This document shows, piece by piece, positions 28,473 through 38,428 of a DNA stretch of 64,000 nt. The stretch is taken from positions 96,001 through 160,000 of the forward strand of contig JBGUGD010000039.1 in the NCBI GenBank assembly GCA_041697335.1, written 5' to 3'. Origin of the DNA: Vampirovibrionaceae bacterium NZW_1234 (lineage in GTDB: Bacteria; Cyanobacteriota; Vampirovibrionia; Vampirovibrionales; JAGQHJ01). Numbering within the stretch: position 1 is the stretch's first letter; each line of letters starts with the position of its first letter. The position numbers were made by a program, and so were the translations under genes. Under the pieces are notes generated by a model. It was given only the letters and a program-made list of their open reading frames with translations. It did not search any database and had not been told where the DNA came from.

Positions 28473-29867
28473 TTAAGTCGGTTGTAGGGATTTTCCGGTC
28501 AACTCAGCCTTGAGGTTTTCAAAGCCAGGGCGACCCATCAAGGCGTAGGTGTATTGTTTTGCCAGTTCAACACCAGGCTGATCAAAAGGATCGATGTTGA
28601 GGAGACGTCCCATTAGAGCGGTCTGGACCTCCAGGAAATAAAGCAATTGCCCAAAGTGATAGGCATCCAGTCGGTCTAATGTCAACGTCACGTTGGGACG
28701 CTGGTTTTTGGTGAGACTCGCTCGAGTGGCATCGGCTTCGGCTTGCAGAAGCTCTTCGAAGGTATGATCCCCGAGATAGCTTAGGTCAGGCACGTCAGGA
28801 TAGAGATTCGGAATTGTCAGCTTATTTTCAAAGGACTTTAGGCGCACAAAGGTGAAAATCTTGTCAAAAGGCCCTTCGTTAAACAGTTGCACTTGTGAAT
28901 GTTGATCGGTTACACCAACGGCTTTCAACGGGGTCGGACCTTCATGAACCAGATTATTGTCTAAATCAGTCTTTTTCCCTAACGATTCGGCCCAAAGCTG
29001 GACATACCAATCGGCTACATAGAACAGTTTTGCTGTATAAGGCATCAAAACCGAAATACGTTTACCCTGCTGGTACATTAAATATTGAATCAGAGCGGCT
29101 TGGGCAGCAGGATTTTCCTCAACAGCAGTTGCTTGCAGGTTGGGCATCAAATCCCGAATCCCTTTTAAGAGATCGGCAATCGGAATACCCAAGAGCGCCG
29201 CTGGCAACAAACCAACGGCAGAAAAAACAGAATAACGCCCACCCACATCTTCCGGAACTTCAAAAGCCACCAGACCCTCCTGGTCGACAATCTTGCGCAA
29301 AACGCCTTTTTTAGGGTCCGTGGTCATAACCAAATGCTTCGAAAGGTTTTCCGGCCCAACAGCCTGACTTAAAGCCGCTTTAAGCCATAAATAGCCCGCC
29401 ATGGTTTCAGCCGTAGTGCCGCTCTTGGTAATGACATTGACGAGGGTCCGCTTCAAGTCCAAGATTTCAAACAAGCCCTGCAGCTTATCCGGATCCACAT
29501 TGTCTACAAAGTAATAGCGAGGAAAGCCATTGCGCTGTGCGGCACTCCGCTCATTCCAGTAAGAAGGCAACAAGGCCTCAAACATGGCCATGCCACCTAA
29601 GGAGGACCCACCAATACCGATGACGACTAACTGGTCAAACTGACCTTTAACAGAATTGGCATAGGACATAATGTTGTCAACCATGCCTGTGTTCTGAGCC
29701 AGATTCGCCCAACGCCGCCACCCGCCGGCCTGCTCCGGGTTATCCCAAAGCCACTGAACGGAAGAAGCCACTTTTGAGGCATACTCCTTGAAGGATAGAG
29801 ACAGATCCAGACCTTGAGCGGCCCCTACCGCAGATTGCTGAACGTTGGTCGTATCCAAATGAAGCAT
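28473..29867 (-). CDS. pgi: Glucose-6-phosphate isomerase
   Basis: IGIGGSSLG, TKSGTTAET, VGGRYSV, QLWAESLGK, DQHSQVQL, PFDQPGVE. Confidence 0.96.
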   Translation of the reverse strand: MLHLDTTNVQQSAVGAAQGLDLSLSFKEYASKVASSVQWLWDNPEQAGGWRRWANLAQNTGMVDNIMSYANSVKGQFDQLVVIGIGGSSLGGMAMFEALLPSYWNERSAAQRNGFPRYYFVDNVDPDKLQGLFEILDLKRTLVNVITKSGTTAETMAGYLWLKAALSQAVGPENLSKHLVMTTDPKKGVLRKIVDQEGLVAFEVPEDVGGRYSVFSAVGLLPAALLGIPIADLLKGIRDLMPNLQATAVEENPAAQAALIQYLMYQQGKRISVLMPYTAKLFYVADWYVQLWAESLGKKTDLDNNLVHEGPTPLKAVGVTDQHSQVQLFNEGPFDKIFTFVRLKSFENKLTIPNLYPDVPDLSYLGDHTFEELLQAEADATRASLTKNQRPNVTLTLDRLDAYHFGQLLYFLEVQTALMGRLLNIDPFDQPGVELAKQYTYALMGRPGFENLKAELTGKSLQPT

Positions 29868-30317
29868 GTTTAAGGTCCCTTCCGTCGCTTTCTATTACCC
29901 AATGCCATGGAGAATTGATTTTATTTCTTACTCAGGTGTCAAACAGGTGTCAAGTCGCCATCCTGATGACATTAAATGCAGGGTTAATAATAGCCAAAGG
30001 CCATGAGAATAACAAGAAGGACCATGAAGTTGATGCCAGCTGAAAGTGTCAGCTTTACACCATTCACTGCTTACCCCCCTGGACTTTTAAGACAACATGG
30101 CAAAAAACCTTGCCACACAATTGCCATATTAAAAACGCATTCAGAAAGCTTTATAAACTCTTTATTTTGCCTGCTCACAACCAAAAACCCAAAGAACCAA
30201 GCCAATTCTTCACATCCCCGATTTTTAAAAAGGGGTTGACTTTCATCCCCTTAGTGTCTATACTACACCCAGAAAGTGTAAACACTACACATTCTTTGCA
30301 GGAAAGTAGGTGCCTTG

Positions 30318-30596
30318 ATGTTGCCCTTAACCTCAATCTCCTCCCCTCGCTTTACCTCTGGACAATTTTTCCCCCGAGCCGTTCGGGAAGAACAAGGAAC
30401 AATCCAGGGGCTACTTCGTAAAATCGGGCAACATGTTCTACCCAGCACCTTAAAGGACGACTATTCGCAGGATGTGCTTGATATCTATCCGACAAAAGCA
30501 CCCAAGGTGTTTGTTGATGAGGATGCCTGCACCCGGTATAAAGTCCAATCCACACCCTTCTACCCCTCGTCCTCCGGATTGTACTGGGTAGGGTAG
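30318..30596 (+). CDS. Small orphan protein
   Basis: 92 aa (MLPLTSISSPRFTSG...SSGLYWVG), preceded by a TTGACT-N17-TATACT promoter-like match (30236-30264) and followed by a terminator. Confidence 0.55.
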   Translation: MLPLTSISSPRFTSGQFFPRAVREEQGTIQGLLRKIGQHVLPSTLKDDYSQDVLDIYPTKAPKVFVDEDACTRYKVQSTPFYPSSSGLYWVG

Positions 30597-30705
30597 TCCC
30601 CCAAATTCGAGGTTTTCCTGTATTTTTACTCCTACAACTTAACAATAAACGTATATACCCCCCTTATTTCCCCCTCGACAGATCTTCATGATGAAGAAAT
30701 GTCCT

Positions 30706-30730
30706 AATCCCCGAAAGGGGATTTTTTTTA
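30706..30730 (+). terminator. Intrinsic terminator (GAAA tetraloop)
   Basis: AATCCCC-GAAA-GGGGATT-TTTTTT. Confidence 0.8.
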
Positions 30731-30770
30731 TGCCATCTCAAGGGTACAATAAAGGCGACGGAGTTCGCTT

Positions 30771-33266
30771 GTGGATATTCAGTACGATCGATATAGTTTT
30801 ACGATAGAGGGTCGGCGGCAGTTCATTCGAAGTGGCGCTATGCATTATTTTCGTCTGCCTCATCAACGGTTGTGGCAGGATCGTCTCCAAAAGCTCAAAT
30901 ATGCGGGCTATAACACGGTTGACCTCTATTTCAACTGGGATTACCATAGCAAAGCTCCAGGCGTGTACGATTTCACGGGCATTCGTGATGTAGATCACCT
31001 CCTGGATATGGTAGAAGCTCAGGGCCTATATCTCATTGCACGACCGGGGCCTTATATCAACGCAGAAACTGCTCGAGGCGGCCTACCGGCGTGGCTGCTA
31101 AGCGATCCCGAGGTCATATTACGTAACCGCAAAGAAGGTGCCTTCACTTACTCAGAAAGGTACATGAGCTATGTCCGGCAATGGCTGGATCAAATCCTGC
31201 CGAAGTTTAAAGACCGACCGAACCTGCTGATGGTCCAGGTTGAAAACGAATACAGCACCATTGATATGGAACCGGACTACATGCAGGAGCTGATTGATAT
31301 TTACCGTAGCTACGGCATTCAGGTTCCAACGATGCATAACGATTTCTACGCAGCAGGCCTGTATGCTGATTTAGTCGATATCTATGCCATCGACAACTAT
31401 TCGGTAACCGCCTTTGACATGAATTGGCGAACATTCCCGGATTTGTTTTCGGTTTTAGATCACCTGGAGACAAACATCCGGGACGAGTTTTGCCCCGACC
31501 GCCCGTTAATGATTGCAGAACTCCAGGCCGGCTGGTTTGCTGGCTGGAAAAGTGTCTGCTACGACACCATTCATCAAAGCCTGGGACGTGAACATATCGG
31601 GTTAGTGACCCGCAGCTTTATCGGGCAAGGCGGTACTGCCTTTAACCACTATAAAGCGGTGGGGGGAACGAACTGGGATCACATTGGGGCTACCGATGCC
31701 TACACCTCCTATGATTTTGCTGCCCCCATCAGTGAAGCTGGAGTCCCAACAGAGCGCCTTTTTGAGGCAAAACGCATCAACTTGTTCTTAACCCACTTTG
31801 ATATGACACAAACAGAGCGTGTCGAAAGCAGTGAGATCGGCATCCAGCATAATGAAGGGACGTATGTCGTCCGAAAAGACCTTACAAAAGCTGGCACCTA
31901 TTGGATCATCACTCGAAATATTACGAGCAGTCCTAAGCGAGTAGAGATTAAACCCGGTATTTCTACAGAAGTCCAGCCTTACCGGTCGATGATTTTACCC
32001 TATGAGCTTAAACTCAAGAGTGGCTGGCAGCTCCACGCGCTAACAGCTGAGCCTTTGGTGCAGACAGAACAGATGCTCATTCTGCCGTCGGAGCATCCTG
32101 TTGTCGTGGATTTAACTGCACCTTCCCAAATTTCTATGATGAACTCCGGAACAGGCATTCAGGCCCAAGCTCGAAACGAAAAACTGACTGTATCAGTCCC
32201 CCACCCCATGCCGGCTGATGAATTAACCTATATTCATTTGGGAAGCCTCCATATTTACTTCCTCGGAAGCCATCTGGCCGATCGCATCTGGCCATTGTCA
32301 GATGGCCGATATGTCATTGGCCCGGATCTGGTTATGGGCGATAACGAGTTTTATCTCTCTCAAAACCGCCCTTGCTGGATCACAACTCTGGACGGAAATA
32401 TCCAGCCACTTAACCGTTTCGAGCGTCTCCCCTCGTATCTGTTGCCGATGTTGGAAGATTGGACGCTTCAACCCGGAGGCAAACCCTTAGTTGATTCTCA
32501 GGGCTTCAAACCACTTGCTCCCAAAGGTTGTACCATGGACAGTCACGAACTCTTTGAGGGTGCTGCCTGGTATCGCTACCCATTTGAGGGACCTGCCGAG
32601 CGATTGACTATCTATGCTCAACATATTTGGGCCGTTTTCCTCAACGGCCATGGCCTCATCCAAAACCATACCTTCCATGTCCACCCGGAAGTGGGCAGCC
32701 CGGGCGATGCTGTAAGCATACAACTGCCACAAGACCACTTAAACGAGGAAGGTCTTAACGAGTTGGTCATCTTCACAGAGAGCTTGGGTCATCATAAAGG
32801 CTTTTACGAAGATACCCATGACCCGCGCGGGGTTTTAGGGCTTGTCCTGGATGGAAAAAATATCCATTTAGATGGCAGTATCCAGGTTGCACCGCTAACC
32901 GCTTCCGAAGACACAATCCCCACAGAAAAGGCTCCGAACGAAGCACCCATAGTGTATGCGTCAACAACGTTTCAGCTGAATATCAATGATGATTTTAAAT
33001 TGCCTTTGGGCCTCGAAATAGACTTCTCAAATATTGAGCGGGTGAATATTCGGTTAAATGGGGTTCTCATTGGTAAGTACTGGGAGGCTTGTGGCAACCA
33101 GAAAATGTTCTATCTCCCGGAAGGCGTACTCAACACCAATGGGCCTAACCATTTAGAGTTGGCCCTTATAAACTTTATCCCCCTGTTATCCCTTGAAAAA
33201 CCCTTCCCCAAAGGGTATGGTAGAGTAAGTCTTGTTCCATATCAGGCGTTTTTTAAACTTTCCTAA
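30771..33266 (+). CDS. Glycoside hydrolase family 35 (beta-galactosidase family)
   Basis: SGAMHYFR, YFNWDYH, ARPGPYINAE, QVENEY (acid/base), AELQAGW (nucleophile), TSYDFAAPISE. No signal peptide. Confidence 0.93.
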   Translation: MDIQYDRYSFTIEGRRQFIRSGAMHYFRLPHQRLWQDRLQKLKYAGYNTVDLYFNWDYHSKAPGVYDFTGIRDVDHLLDMVEAQGLYLIARPGPYINAETARGGLPAWLLSDPEVILRNRKEGAFTYSERYMSYVRQWLDQILPKFKDRPNLLMVQVENEYSTIDMEPDYMQELIDIYRSYGIQVPTMHNDFYAAGLYADLVDIYAIDNYSVTAFDMNWRTFPDLFSVLDHLETNIRDEFCPDRPLMIAELQAGWFAGWKSVCYDTIHQSLGREHIGLVTRSFIGQGGTAFNHYKAVGGTNWDHIGATDAYTSYDFAAPISEAGVPTERLFEAKRINLFLTHFDMTQTERVESSEIGIQHNEGTYVVRKDLTKAGTYWIITRNITSSPKRVEIKPGISTEVQPYRSMILPYELKLKSGWQLHALTAEPLVQTEQMLILPSEHPVVVDLTAPSQISMMNSGTGIQAQARNEKLTVSVPHPMPADELTYIHLGSLHIYFLGSHLADRIWPLSDGRYVIGPDLVMGDNEFYLSQNRPCWITTLDGNIQPLNRFERLPSYLLPMLEDWTLQPGGKPLVDSQGFKPLAPKGCTMDSHELFEGAAWYRYPFEGPAERLTIYAQHIWAVFLNGHGLIQNHTFHVHPEVGSPGDAVSIQLPQDHLNEEGLNELVIFTESLGHHKGFYEDTHDPRGVLGLVLDGKNIHLDGSIQVAPLTASEDTIPTEKAPNEAPIVYASTTFQLNINDDFKLPLGLEIDFSNIERVNIRLNGVLIGKYWEACGNQKMFYLPEGVLNTNGPNHLELALINFIPLLSLEKPFPKGYGRVSLVPYQAFFKLS

Positions 33267-33317
33267 AAAATGTTCGATACATGGTCTAACGTAGGATAAC
33301 AACCAACGAGTGAAGGC

Positions 33318-33686
33318 ATGTCAATCATTCCGAAATTTTTGCTTAAACGCGTCTACGTCTCTGGAAGCCTTCGGGAAACCACGGACGGGGTAGCGTTTGA
33401 CTTATTTAATTCTATTGGTCCGGGGATTTTAACACGGCTGAATAATATCAAGCTCAATGATCATAGCTTTTCGCCCCAGCAAATCCTGCTAAAAATCGGC
33501 GATAAAATCTTCCACGGCCATGAAATTTCCGACAGCAATCCGGCGATTTTCTTCCACAACCAAAAAACCACGTGCATTATCCTCGGTGCCAAGTTGGCCC
33601 AAGGGCTTCACACTATAACAGTGGATCTTTTCAGCCGTGAAGCTGGAAAAGTCGTGGTGACCATTCAGGATAATCCTGCAACCTAA
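33318..33686 (+). CDS. Hypothetical beta-rich protein
   Basis: 122-aa ORF with RBS (IPKFLLKRVYVSGSLRET...), co-oriented with the GH35 gene. Confidence 0.7.
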   Translation: MSIIPKFLLKRVYVSGSLRETTDGVAFDLFNSIGPGILTRLNNIKLNDHSFSPQQILLKIGDKIFHGHEISDSNPAIFFHNQKTTCIILGAKLAQGLHTITVDLFSREAGKVVVTIQDNPAT

Positions 33687-33962
33687 CCCATCCGTCTTAT
33701 TTTGTCTTTCGACTCTGTTGCCACCCCCCTCAGCCGAGGTCCTATCTGGGCTGGATTGAAAGGCATTTCAAAGAATTCACGGCTGGTCATTAGATTCGCT
33801 CTGATTCAAAAAACAGCCTTAAAATCCATTCACATCAAGCCAACTGGGGCTTTATCCCTGCTGCGACTTATGTCATTATGAAGAGCCCGCAAAGCGCAAT
33901 TTTTTCCTTTGAGGGTTTTTAAATACTGACAGATGCAGGAATAAGGGATAACGGCAGGTCGG

Positions 33963-35111
33963 GTGTATACCACGTTAAACGGGCGATATCACATCATGCC
34001 TCCACCAGCCTTTGGCTATACCGGTGTAGGTATCCCTGCCATGGCACCACAAATCCCCTCCTATGGATTGCAGCAGCCAAGCCAGCAGCCCAACCCCAAA
34101 GAGGTATTAACAAATCTAGCTCGGATTATCGACGAGAAAAAAGCCTATGATGCCCTTCAACTCCGACGAAAACAAATTCCAACCGATGTTCTGCTCGACT
34201 ACAGTATCTTCGATAAAGTCGCCCATCGTCTTAAAACAACCTTTGTTACCCTGCCCAAAAGTGTCTGGAAAGGCTTAATCGGGTCAAAAGATTTTACCTT
34301 TGCCGATGCCATGTTGGTGGCGAAAGTTCCCTACTATCTGGGTGGCCTGGGTCTTACGCTAAGCCCGTTTATTGGTGGCAATAAAGGGGAAGGTATCCGA
34401 CAAGGTGCTGCCGTCTTACTGTATTTATTGGGTGCCATGGGCACCAATGGTGTCATTAATGGGCTCTACAAGTGGCGCTACGGCATTGATTTGACCATGA
34501 TGTATCGCTCCAAAAACGGCCCCACGGAATACGTCTTTGCCAGCAGCAATTTCCCCCGATTTGACCTGCTTCAGAATAAACACTACCGCGCCCTGGCTGA
34601 AAAAATGGGGATCCCCTTCCACATTCAAGATCCCCAGGATGCCGTAAGAGACCAATTGCGCTATGCCATTGTCACCAGTCGCACCTTGAAACTCATTGTC
34701 GGTAACATCATCAGTGCCATCGGAGCTGGCTATCTGGCCAAAAGCGATCGCTGGGCCGATGTCCCGAAAGCATTCCCGGTTATTCGCCAAATCTGGCAAA
34801 ACCGGGGCTTAGGCGTCTGGGGGAAACTGTCTAATTCGGCTGCCACCTTAGGCGAAGCTTTCCGGGCCGTTCTGATAGAACGCCTGAATGTCGCAAGCGC
34901 CCCTCTCTGGCGAAAAGTGGTGGTTTACGGCGGACTGGCAAGCATTCTGGGCACTATCGGCTTTATTCTGACCCGAGGTGTCCCCCATAAACGCTATGTC
35001 ACCACAACCGAAAAACCCAAAATCCCGTATCTGAACCTGCAACAAAATCCCCAGTTGGAGGCTCTCCTTCAACAATTAACCCAGACTCGAGCCCAAGGAG
35101 GTCAGGTATGA
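33963..35111 (+). CDS. Orphan membrane protein, paralog of downstream gene
   Basis: Pro/Gln-rich N-terminus (PPPAFG), several TM segments, shared block IN....G......Y...NG...D.L...GIP with 35108..36619. Confidence 0.8.
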   Translation: MYTTLNGRYHIMPPPAFGYTGVGIPAMAPQIPSYGLQQPSQQPNPKEVLTNLARIIDEKKAYDALQLRRKQIPTDVLLDYSIFDKVAHRLKTTFVTLPKSVWKGLIGSKDFTFADAMLVAKVPYYLGGLGLTLSPFIGGNKGEGIRQGAAVLLYLLGAMGTNGVINGLYKWRYGIDLTMMYRSKNGPTEYVFASSNFPRFDLLQNKHYRALAEKMGIPFHIQDPQDAVRDQLRYAIVTSRTLKLIVGNIISAIGAGYLAKSDRWADVPKAFPVIRQIWQNRGLGVWGKLSNSAATLGEAFRAVLIERLNVASAPLWRKVVVYGGLASILGTIGFILTRGVPHKRYVTTTEKPKIPYLNLQQNPQLEALLQQLTQTRAQGGQV

Positions 35112-36619
35112 CGAACACCTACCTCCAGAACCATTTGCCTGCCGGCAGTCGTCATGCCGTCTACCTCCCACCGAAGGCACGACTGGCCACATGGCAGGAA
35201 GCTGCCCAGGACAAACTGTGGAAATACCCTGAAGCAGTTAAAACTGCAGCCTGCGGCTTAGCACATGGTCATGCTCAAGACCATGCCCTGGCCCGCCTGG
35301 ATGATGTTAGCCGGACCTTGGGCGTTGCAACCATTGCAGGATTAGGCAGCTTGGGCACGTCTCAAGTCGGTGGTTCTTTGCCCTTATGGCTGGGTGGTGC
35401 AAGCTGGCTAGGCGCCATGGCCATTACCCCCATGCTTATTAATGCAGCCGTATATGCCAAAACGGGCGTCAACCCAGGGCTGAAATACATCAACAGTAAT
35501 GGGCAAATGGTTCGGCTGTACCAAGATCCAAGCTATCTCCCCCTGGACGTACTGTCCCAAAACACCCGGGAATCCATCTCCAATCAAACCGGCATCCCTG
35601 TAAAAGATCCAGATCACGAGACCTTGTTTCAGGACAAAATGAAACAAATTGCCGTGCAAACCCACACCTGGTGGATGTTGATGGCAGGCTTGGCCACGCC
35701 GGTTCTGGCCTCTGTGATTTGCGATCGTTTGGAAGACCCCTTTAAGTCCCTGACCAGTCGCCTACGGCAATGGGCCGCCTACCAGAAACTGACGCCGGCC
35801 CTGAAAACCAAAAATGCAGACAAGATTGCCAAGGCCGTCAGCAACACCATTCAGGCATCCGTGGGCTCCGGCAATGAGGTCACTCTCTTGTCCCGCTGGT
35901 GGAAGGCCCTGCCCGAGGACTTGGTTGAAACGCTGAATCTGAAAAAATTAGCGCAAGCCGATCTCTTACACCCCTCCAGCAACCACCGCTTCAGTAAAGT
36001 GGTCAACCATCTGACCTCAGAACTTCAGCAGACCTCCCAGCGAGCCTCTCTGGAGAACCTGCTTTTCAGGCAGCAAGAGCGTTTAGACAGTATCCTGACA
36101 CCTCTGGAAAAGCTTCTGGAACGCAAGGACGTAAAACGCTTTCTACCCAAAGGGGTTTATGACAAGTTAACGCAACAATTAGGCCTCTATCGCGGGGCTG
36201 CCGAGGGCACCCTACGGCATTTTAACACCTTATTGCAACTGCCGCTAAACAAGCTCCCAAAGGCACAGTCTCAGCAACTCATCCGCAAGCACATGGAATC
36301 GGCAGTGTTAGGCTATGTGGAGCAAGCCAGCCGCTTGGGTGAAATCAGCAAGGCCAGTCGGGCTGCCGGCGGCACTAATGGCCTAAAAAATGTCATGGGT
36401 GCATTTTCCTCCGGACGCTTTGGCCCTGCGTTTGATCAAATGGGAGCCTCTCCCAAGAGCTTCCTGCTGAAAGCGGCCAACAACCTTGGTCTTCGTCGAC
36501 GCTGGTTCCAACGTTTTCCCCTGCTGCTGGGAGCCACAATGGTTATCTCCACGGCAATTTACATGGCGCTGTTCCTGGGGCGTGATTTGGAAGCCCCGAA
36601 GTCCGGAGGAAAAGCCTGA
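35108..36619 (+). CDS. Orphan membrane protein with large helical insert, paralog of upstream gene
   Basis: ATGA overlap and AAGGAGG RBS; Gly-rich hydrophobic hairpin; C-terminal TM helix. Confidence 0.8.
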   Translation: MTNTYLQNHLPAGSRHAVYLPPKARLATWQEAAQDKLWKYPEAVKTAACGLAHGHAQDHALARLDDVSRTLGVATIAGLGSLGTSQVGGSLPLWLGGASWLGAMAITPMLINAAVYAKTGVNPGLKYINSNGQMVRLYQDPSYLPLDVLSQNTRESISNQTGIPVKDPDHETLFQDKMKQIAVQTHTWWMLMAGLATPVLASVICDRLEDPFKSLTSRLRQWAAYQKLTPALKTKNADKIAKAVSNTIQASVGSGNEVTLLSRWWKALPEDLVETLNLKKLAQADLLHPSSNHRFSKVVNHLTSELQQTSQRASLENLLFRQQERLDSILTPLEKLLERKDVKRFLPKGVYDKLTQQLGLYRGAAEGTLRHFNTLLQLPLNKLPKAQSQQLIRKHMESAVLGYVEQASRLGEISKASRAAGGTNGLKNVMGAFSSGRFGPAFDQMGASPKSFLLKAANNLGLRRRWFQRFPLLLGATMVISTAIYMALFLGRDLEAPKSGGKA

Positions 36620-38244
36620 TGTGGAGCCCTGTGAGCTATACTCCCTGGACGGCCTATGCCAGTATGCCTCCCCATGCCCCCCGCTCTGCATATGGCCAGT
36701 GGGCATCGCAACAATACGCCTATATACCTGCACCATGGCAAAGCTATTTTCCGGCCCGTACCACTTGGCTACCCAACCGGCCTTTGATGAAACCTGCTGC
36801 CGTAACAAAAGTCACAACCAAACCAGCTGCGCCTCCCTTTAAAAACCGTTTGAAAGAATTGTTCTTTAACCGGGAAGCCGTCACTTATGCTCTGCATATA
36901 CGGACCTTTGGTGCTCGGGACAAAAATGGGGATATGATCATTGATCCCAACAAAAACGAAAGCGGGACCTTTCTAAAAGCGATTCAGGGCCTACCGGAAC
37001 TAAAGGCTATGGGCATCAATAACATCCACTTGTTGCCCATTCTCCCCGTTGGGAAAAAAGAACGCTTAGGCGACTTTGGTTCTCCGGGCAGTGTGTATGC
37101 TCCGGAGGCCTATGACAGTTTGAACGAAGAATACAAAGAGCCTAACAGCCCGTATACTCTAGTTCAAGAAGCCAGAATGTTTGTGGACGCCGCCCATAAA
37201 CTGGGCATTCATGTGATGGTGGACATCCCCAGTTGTGCTTCGGTAGACTTGGCCGAAACCCGCCCTGACCTGTTGGCGCGAGATGCCCAAGGCAATACTC
37301 TGACCCCAACCAATTGGGTCGACATTCGGATGTTTGTGAAAGATTCCCCCGCATTACGAGATTATTACCAGAAGTTCTTTGATTTGATGATCAATGATGT
37401 CGGCGTTGACGGCTTCCGGGCGGATGTTGCTCGGGCCAGGACCATGGATTTCTGGCGCTACTTCATCGGCAAATACCCGGATAAAGCCTGGCTTGCAGAA
37501 ACCTACACCGAAGAAGACGCCTCTCCCATGAAAAATATTCCCCGAGATGTTCCGGAAGATCTGATGAAAGCCGGTTTCGACAGTATTTACGGACAGTTCC
37601 ACATCTTCCATGATATGGACGCCCACCAATACATCGAATATCTTCAACAGCACCAGGCACTATTCAATCGTATTGGGCCTCAAAAATCGCTGATTGGCAG
37701 TTTCTTAACCCATGATGACCCCAGCACCATGAAGCATGGCGGTGCCCTTTATTGCAAGCTAATTTCGGGCCTAATGGCGACCCAGCCTCACGCAAACCCG
37801 TATATTTTAGACGGTTTTACAACCGGCTACACCCACGAATTTGATATCTTTAACTGGCGTCAGCGCCCAACCGGCCAGCACCCCGATATAGGCGAGTTCC
37901 TAACCAAGATGCTGGCCATCCGCCAAAGCAAAACCTATGGTCCGGTTCTGACCCGAGGGCAATTTATTCCTCTCGAAGTCAGCCAAAACAAAAAAGACCC
38001 GAGTATTATTGCCTTTTTACGCCAACACCAGGGAAAAACCCTCTTAGTGGTGGCCAATAAGAACATGAACAGCATCGCCAAAGGGACTATTGAAGTTCCC
38101 GGCCTCAACCCGCGTCAAAAGCTCTTCAATCTGGCGCCGAGCTACGGCGGCACCAGTACTTTTGTCGTTAACAGCGGCACCATTGAAACCACCATGGCCC
38201 CGGGGCGATTCTATCTCTTTGATCTGACCATGCCGCAACTCTAA
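36619..38244 (+). CDS. GH13 alpha-amylase-family glycosidase with Tyr/Trp/Pro-rich N-terminal extension
   Basis: LKAMGINNIHLLPI, FVDAAHKLGIHVMVD, GVDGFRADVA (nucleophile D), WLAE (acid/base), THDD. TGATG overlap with the upstream gene. Confidence 0.9.
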   Translation: MWSPVSYTPWTAYASMPPHAPRSAYGQWASQQYAYIPAPWQSYFPARTTWLPNRPLMKPAAVTKVTTKPAAPPFKNRLKELFFNREAVTYALHIRTFGARDKNGDMIIDPNKNESGTFLKAIQGLPELKAMGINNIHLLPILPVGKKERLGDFGSPGSVYAPEAYDSLNEEYKEPNSPYTLVQEARMFVDAAHKLGIHVMVDIPSCASVDLAETRPDLLARDAQGNTLTPTNWVDIRMFVKDSPALRDYYQKFFDLMINDVGVDGFRADVARARTMDFWRYFIGKYPDKAWLAETYTEEDASPMKNIPRDVPEDLMKAGFDSIYGQFHIFHDMDAHQYIEYLQQHQALFNRIGPQKSLIGSFLTHDDPSTMKHGGALYCKLISGLMATQPHANPYILDGFTTGYTHEFDIFNWRQRPTGQHPDIGEFLTKMLAIRQSKTYGPVLTRGQFIPLEVSQNKKDPSIIAFLRQHQGKTLLVVANKNMNSIAKGTIEVPGLNPRQKLFNLAPSYGGTSTFVVNSGTIETTMAPGRFYLFDLTMPQL

Positions 38245-38428
38245 CCACTCACGAAACCGGCAATTTACATTTTGTAATAAAAACGATTCTGGAAAACTGC
38301 GCTACGACAGGCTATTGCATGAAATACAGTTGATAGCCTTTCGGGAAGGCGCAAGAACCATAAAAAACCGTTTGTTTCCCTAAACCTTTGAAAGATAATG
38401 ACGGCATCAATTTGAGTTTAGGGGAGAA

